Assembly (NCBI GenBank): GCA_009103225.1
Contig: RHPI01001259.1
Coordinates: 211,203-275,202 of the forward strand
Direction: 5' to 3'
DNA: 64,000 nucleotides
Origin: Chlorokybus atmophyticus
Lineage: Eukaryota; Plantae; Mesostigma and Chlorokybus algae
Each line of letters opens with the position of its first letter. The first letter of the stretch is position 1. A program made the position numbers and the translations under genes. This document shows positions 62,043 through 64,000 of this stretch, piece after piece. The notes beneath the pieces are model-generated. The model had not been told where the DNA came from. It worked only from the letters and a program-made list of their open reading frames with translations, and made no database searches.

Positions 62043-63771
62043 ATGATGTCGGCGGCAGCAGTTGAATCACCCTCACCTAGGAGACCATGCTTGGTGTGCC
62101 CACAATGCAATGCGTACGTATGTGCCAATGGCCGTAGGCAGCAAATGCGAGCACACTTGACCGAATGCCAGCGAGTGCAGACAGTGTGCCACGGTTTTAG
62201 TGCTGCTTGCTGGCATCACACCACACACAATGTCGACGTGTTTGGCTGCCGCCTCGGCCAAGTGCTGTGCAAGGAACCCGAGTTTTTCCATTGCGTGCAG
62301 TGCGTGTGCGAATCGTGCTCGCGCTCATGCTTCGAGTGGCGAGGGGAACCCATGCGCTTCTTCACATGGACAACACCGGGACATGTGGTTAGTGGACAGG
62401 TGGTGGATGCTGTGGAGGTAATCCACAAGAGTGGACCGCGACGTATCACTGCATGTTATGTTGGGCGTATGCTTATTTCATGCATGTTGAAGCTGTTGTC
62501 GCATTCAGAGCAGTCTTGCACGGTGTGGGCGTGGGCAGTTCCATCCCCTGGCCGCTGTAGAGGAGGCAGACCATCGACCGTTGGACAGCGCACTGCATCG
62601 GCTGCGGAACGCAGTTAAGTTGGGATGCGAGCAGCTGATCGGTGTGAGTGTCATGGTGCATTGGCCGCTGGATGGGGAATGGTATGCGGGCGTTGTGGAA
62701 TCATTCAAGCAAGCGTCAGGTCAGCATCGCTTCGTGGCGTGCGAGATTGAGGACGCATCATATATGCATGGTGCAATGGAAAATGTCTTTGCAGGGCAGC
62801 ACCGTATAGTATTCGATGACGGTGATCGACCACAAACCATCAACTTCAAAGGGCACAACGTATTCGCGTACACATCAGTTGACGGGGCACGCCATGTTCT
62901 GCGCGCCGGAGGGGAGAACGTCAGTCGCAAAGTAAGCCCGGACGGCATCATTGTTAGTCCCTGGCCAGCACCACGGCCAGCCTTGACCACATACACGCCA
63001 TTTGACAACAAGCTGGGACGCACACGCAGACCAAGGGCACTCGACCTATTCTGCGGCGGTGGCGGTGCCAGTGTCGGTCTATACCACGCAGGCTTTGACG
63101 TGACCGGGATGGACATAAGTCCCTCCTCTGAGTACCCGCTGCCCTTCATACACCGCGATGTATGCACCCTGAGTGCAGGAGAGCTAAGCGAGTACGAGCT
63201 CATCTGGGCCAGTCCACCATGCCAGGCCTATTCAGGTGCTATCCTGGCACCTCAACGGGCGGCACATGGCACATCCTGGAGACACCAGGATATGATACCG
63301 CTCGTCCGACGTCTGCTGCTTGCAAGCCAGGTCAAGTTTGTGATTGAGAATGTGCCAGGAGCAGCTTCCTCATTCAGACCCAATCTGTCCCTTTGTGGCA
63401 CGATGTTTGGCCTATCAACTTTCCGACACCGTCTGTTTGAGACACAGCCAGTGGTAGCTACCCCACCAGCACGCTGCTCGCACGCGGGCAAGGCAGTTGG
63501 ACTGCTATCGCCGCACCTGTCCGCTAGCGCGAAGAAGACAATCGTGACATCAAACGCGCCACAGCAGATGTACCCGGTCTATGCCCTTCCAAGCACCAGG
63601 GGCGGCATTGCTGCGTGGCAAACAGCGCTGGGAGTGCCATGGATGACCTCGGCCGTTTTCATAGCGAATGCAGTTCCTCCCGCAATGGCGGAGTGCATAG
63701 GGCGTCTCATGCTTGAAACAATGGATATGCGCTGTGACTACCCTCCTGTGTCATGGAACTATGAGGCTTGA
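62043..63771 (+). CDS. Chimeric zinc-finger - Tudor - C5 cytosine DNA methyltransferase (compact phage/bacterial-type catalytic domain), 3 exons, 520 aa predicted
   Basis: Exons 62043-62417, 62509-62719 and 62795-63771 join in frame (1563 nt). Tudor LIGVSVMVHWPLDGEWYAGVVESF...GQHRIVFDDGD. DNMT motifs I LDLFCGGGG, II GMDI, IV WASPPCQAYS, VI FVIENV, VIII RHRLFE and X ANAVPP. Confidence 0.85.
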
Positions 63772-64000
63772 GTGTGGTGCACTGTATTGATGCTTAATGC
63801 CACACGGCGGACTGATTGTTGAATGTTGCATGGATCATTCGATTGTGGTGACAGTTGTGCAGTGACAGTTGCCCGGTATTGTACACGTCCACATGCAAAA
63901 GTCTTAGCATACGAATAGCAATGCCTAACTGACTGATATGCTCCAAACTGAGAGTAGTGAGACAAGTACATGTGTCACGTGGAAGTGCAGTGAACGTTCA

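Noticed and set aside
1-64000. tRNA, rRNA or snRNA genes
   Set aside because: No T-loop/D-loop consensus or conserved rRNA/snRNA signature was spotted; a tRNAscan-SE/Infernal run would be needed to exclude them.

Overview
Intron-rich eukaryotic nuclear DNA, most likely from a green-lineage alga. Support: a DGD-type galactolipid synthase, an organelle-targeted PrmA, TTTAGGG/AAACCCTA motifs and GT-AG introns full of CA/TG tracts. The species cannot be determined from sequence alone. Bases 1-55 kb are mostly housekeeping genes, often head-to-head: SAM50, RFT1, CDC6, NOC3, DGD1, a PAS hybrid histidine kinase, PrmA, an acyl-CoA thioesterase and FAHD1. Orphan blocks lie at about 22-25, 33-38 and 41.7-48 kb; the last holds two gaplessly alignable ~110-aa paralogues of an unnamed family. 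The last 7 kb (56.9-63.8 kb) look accessory. They contain a frameshifted pRiA4b-ORF3/MM3350-like gene, a 53-bp palindromic tandem array, a spliced alpha-helical (DUF6532-like) gene and a RING-like gene. They end with a spliced chimeric gene fusing Cys/His zinc-finger motifs and a Tudor domain to a compact phage/bacterial-type C5 cytosine DNA methyltransferase with intact catalytic motifs. This chimera and its cluster are the best candidate for a novel system. All gene models were assembled by eye from GT-AG sites; family names come from motif recognition, not database searches.
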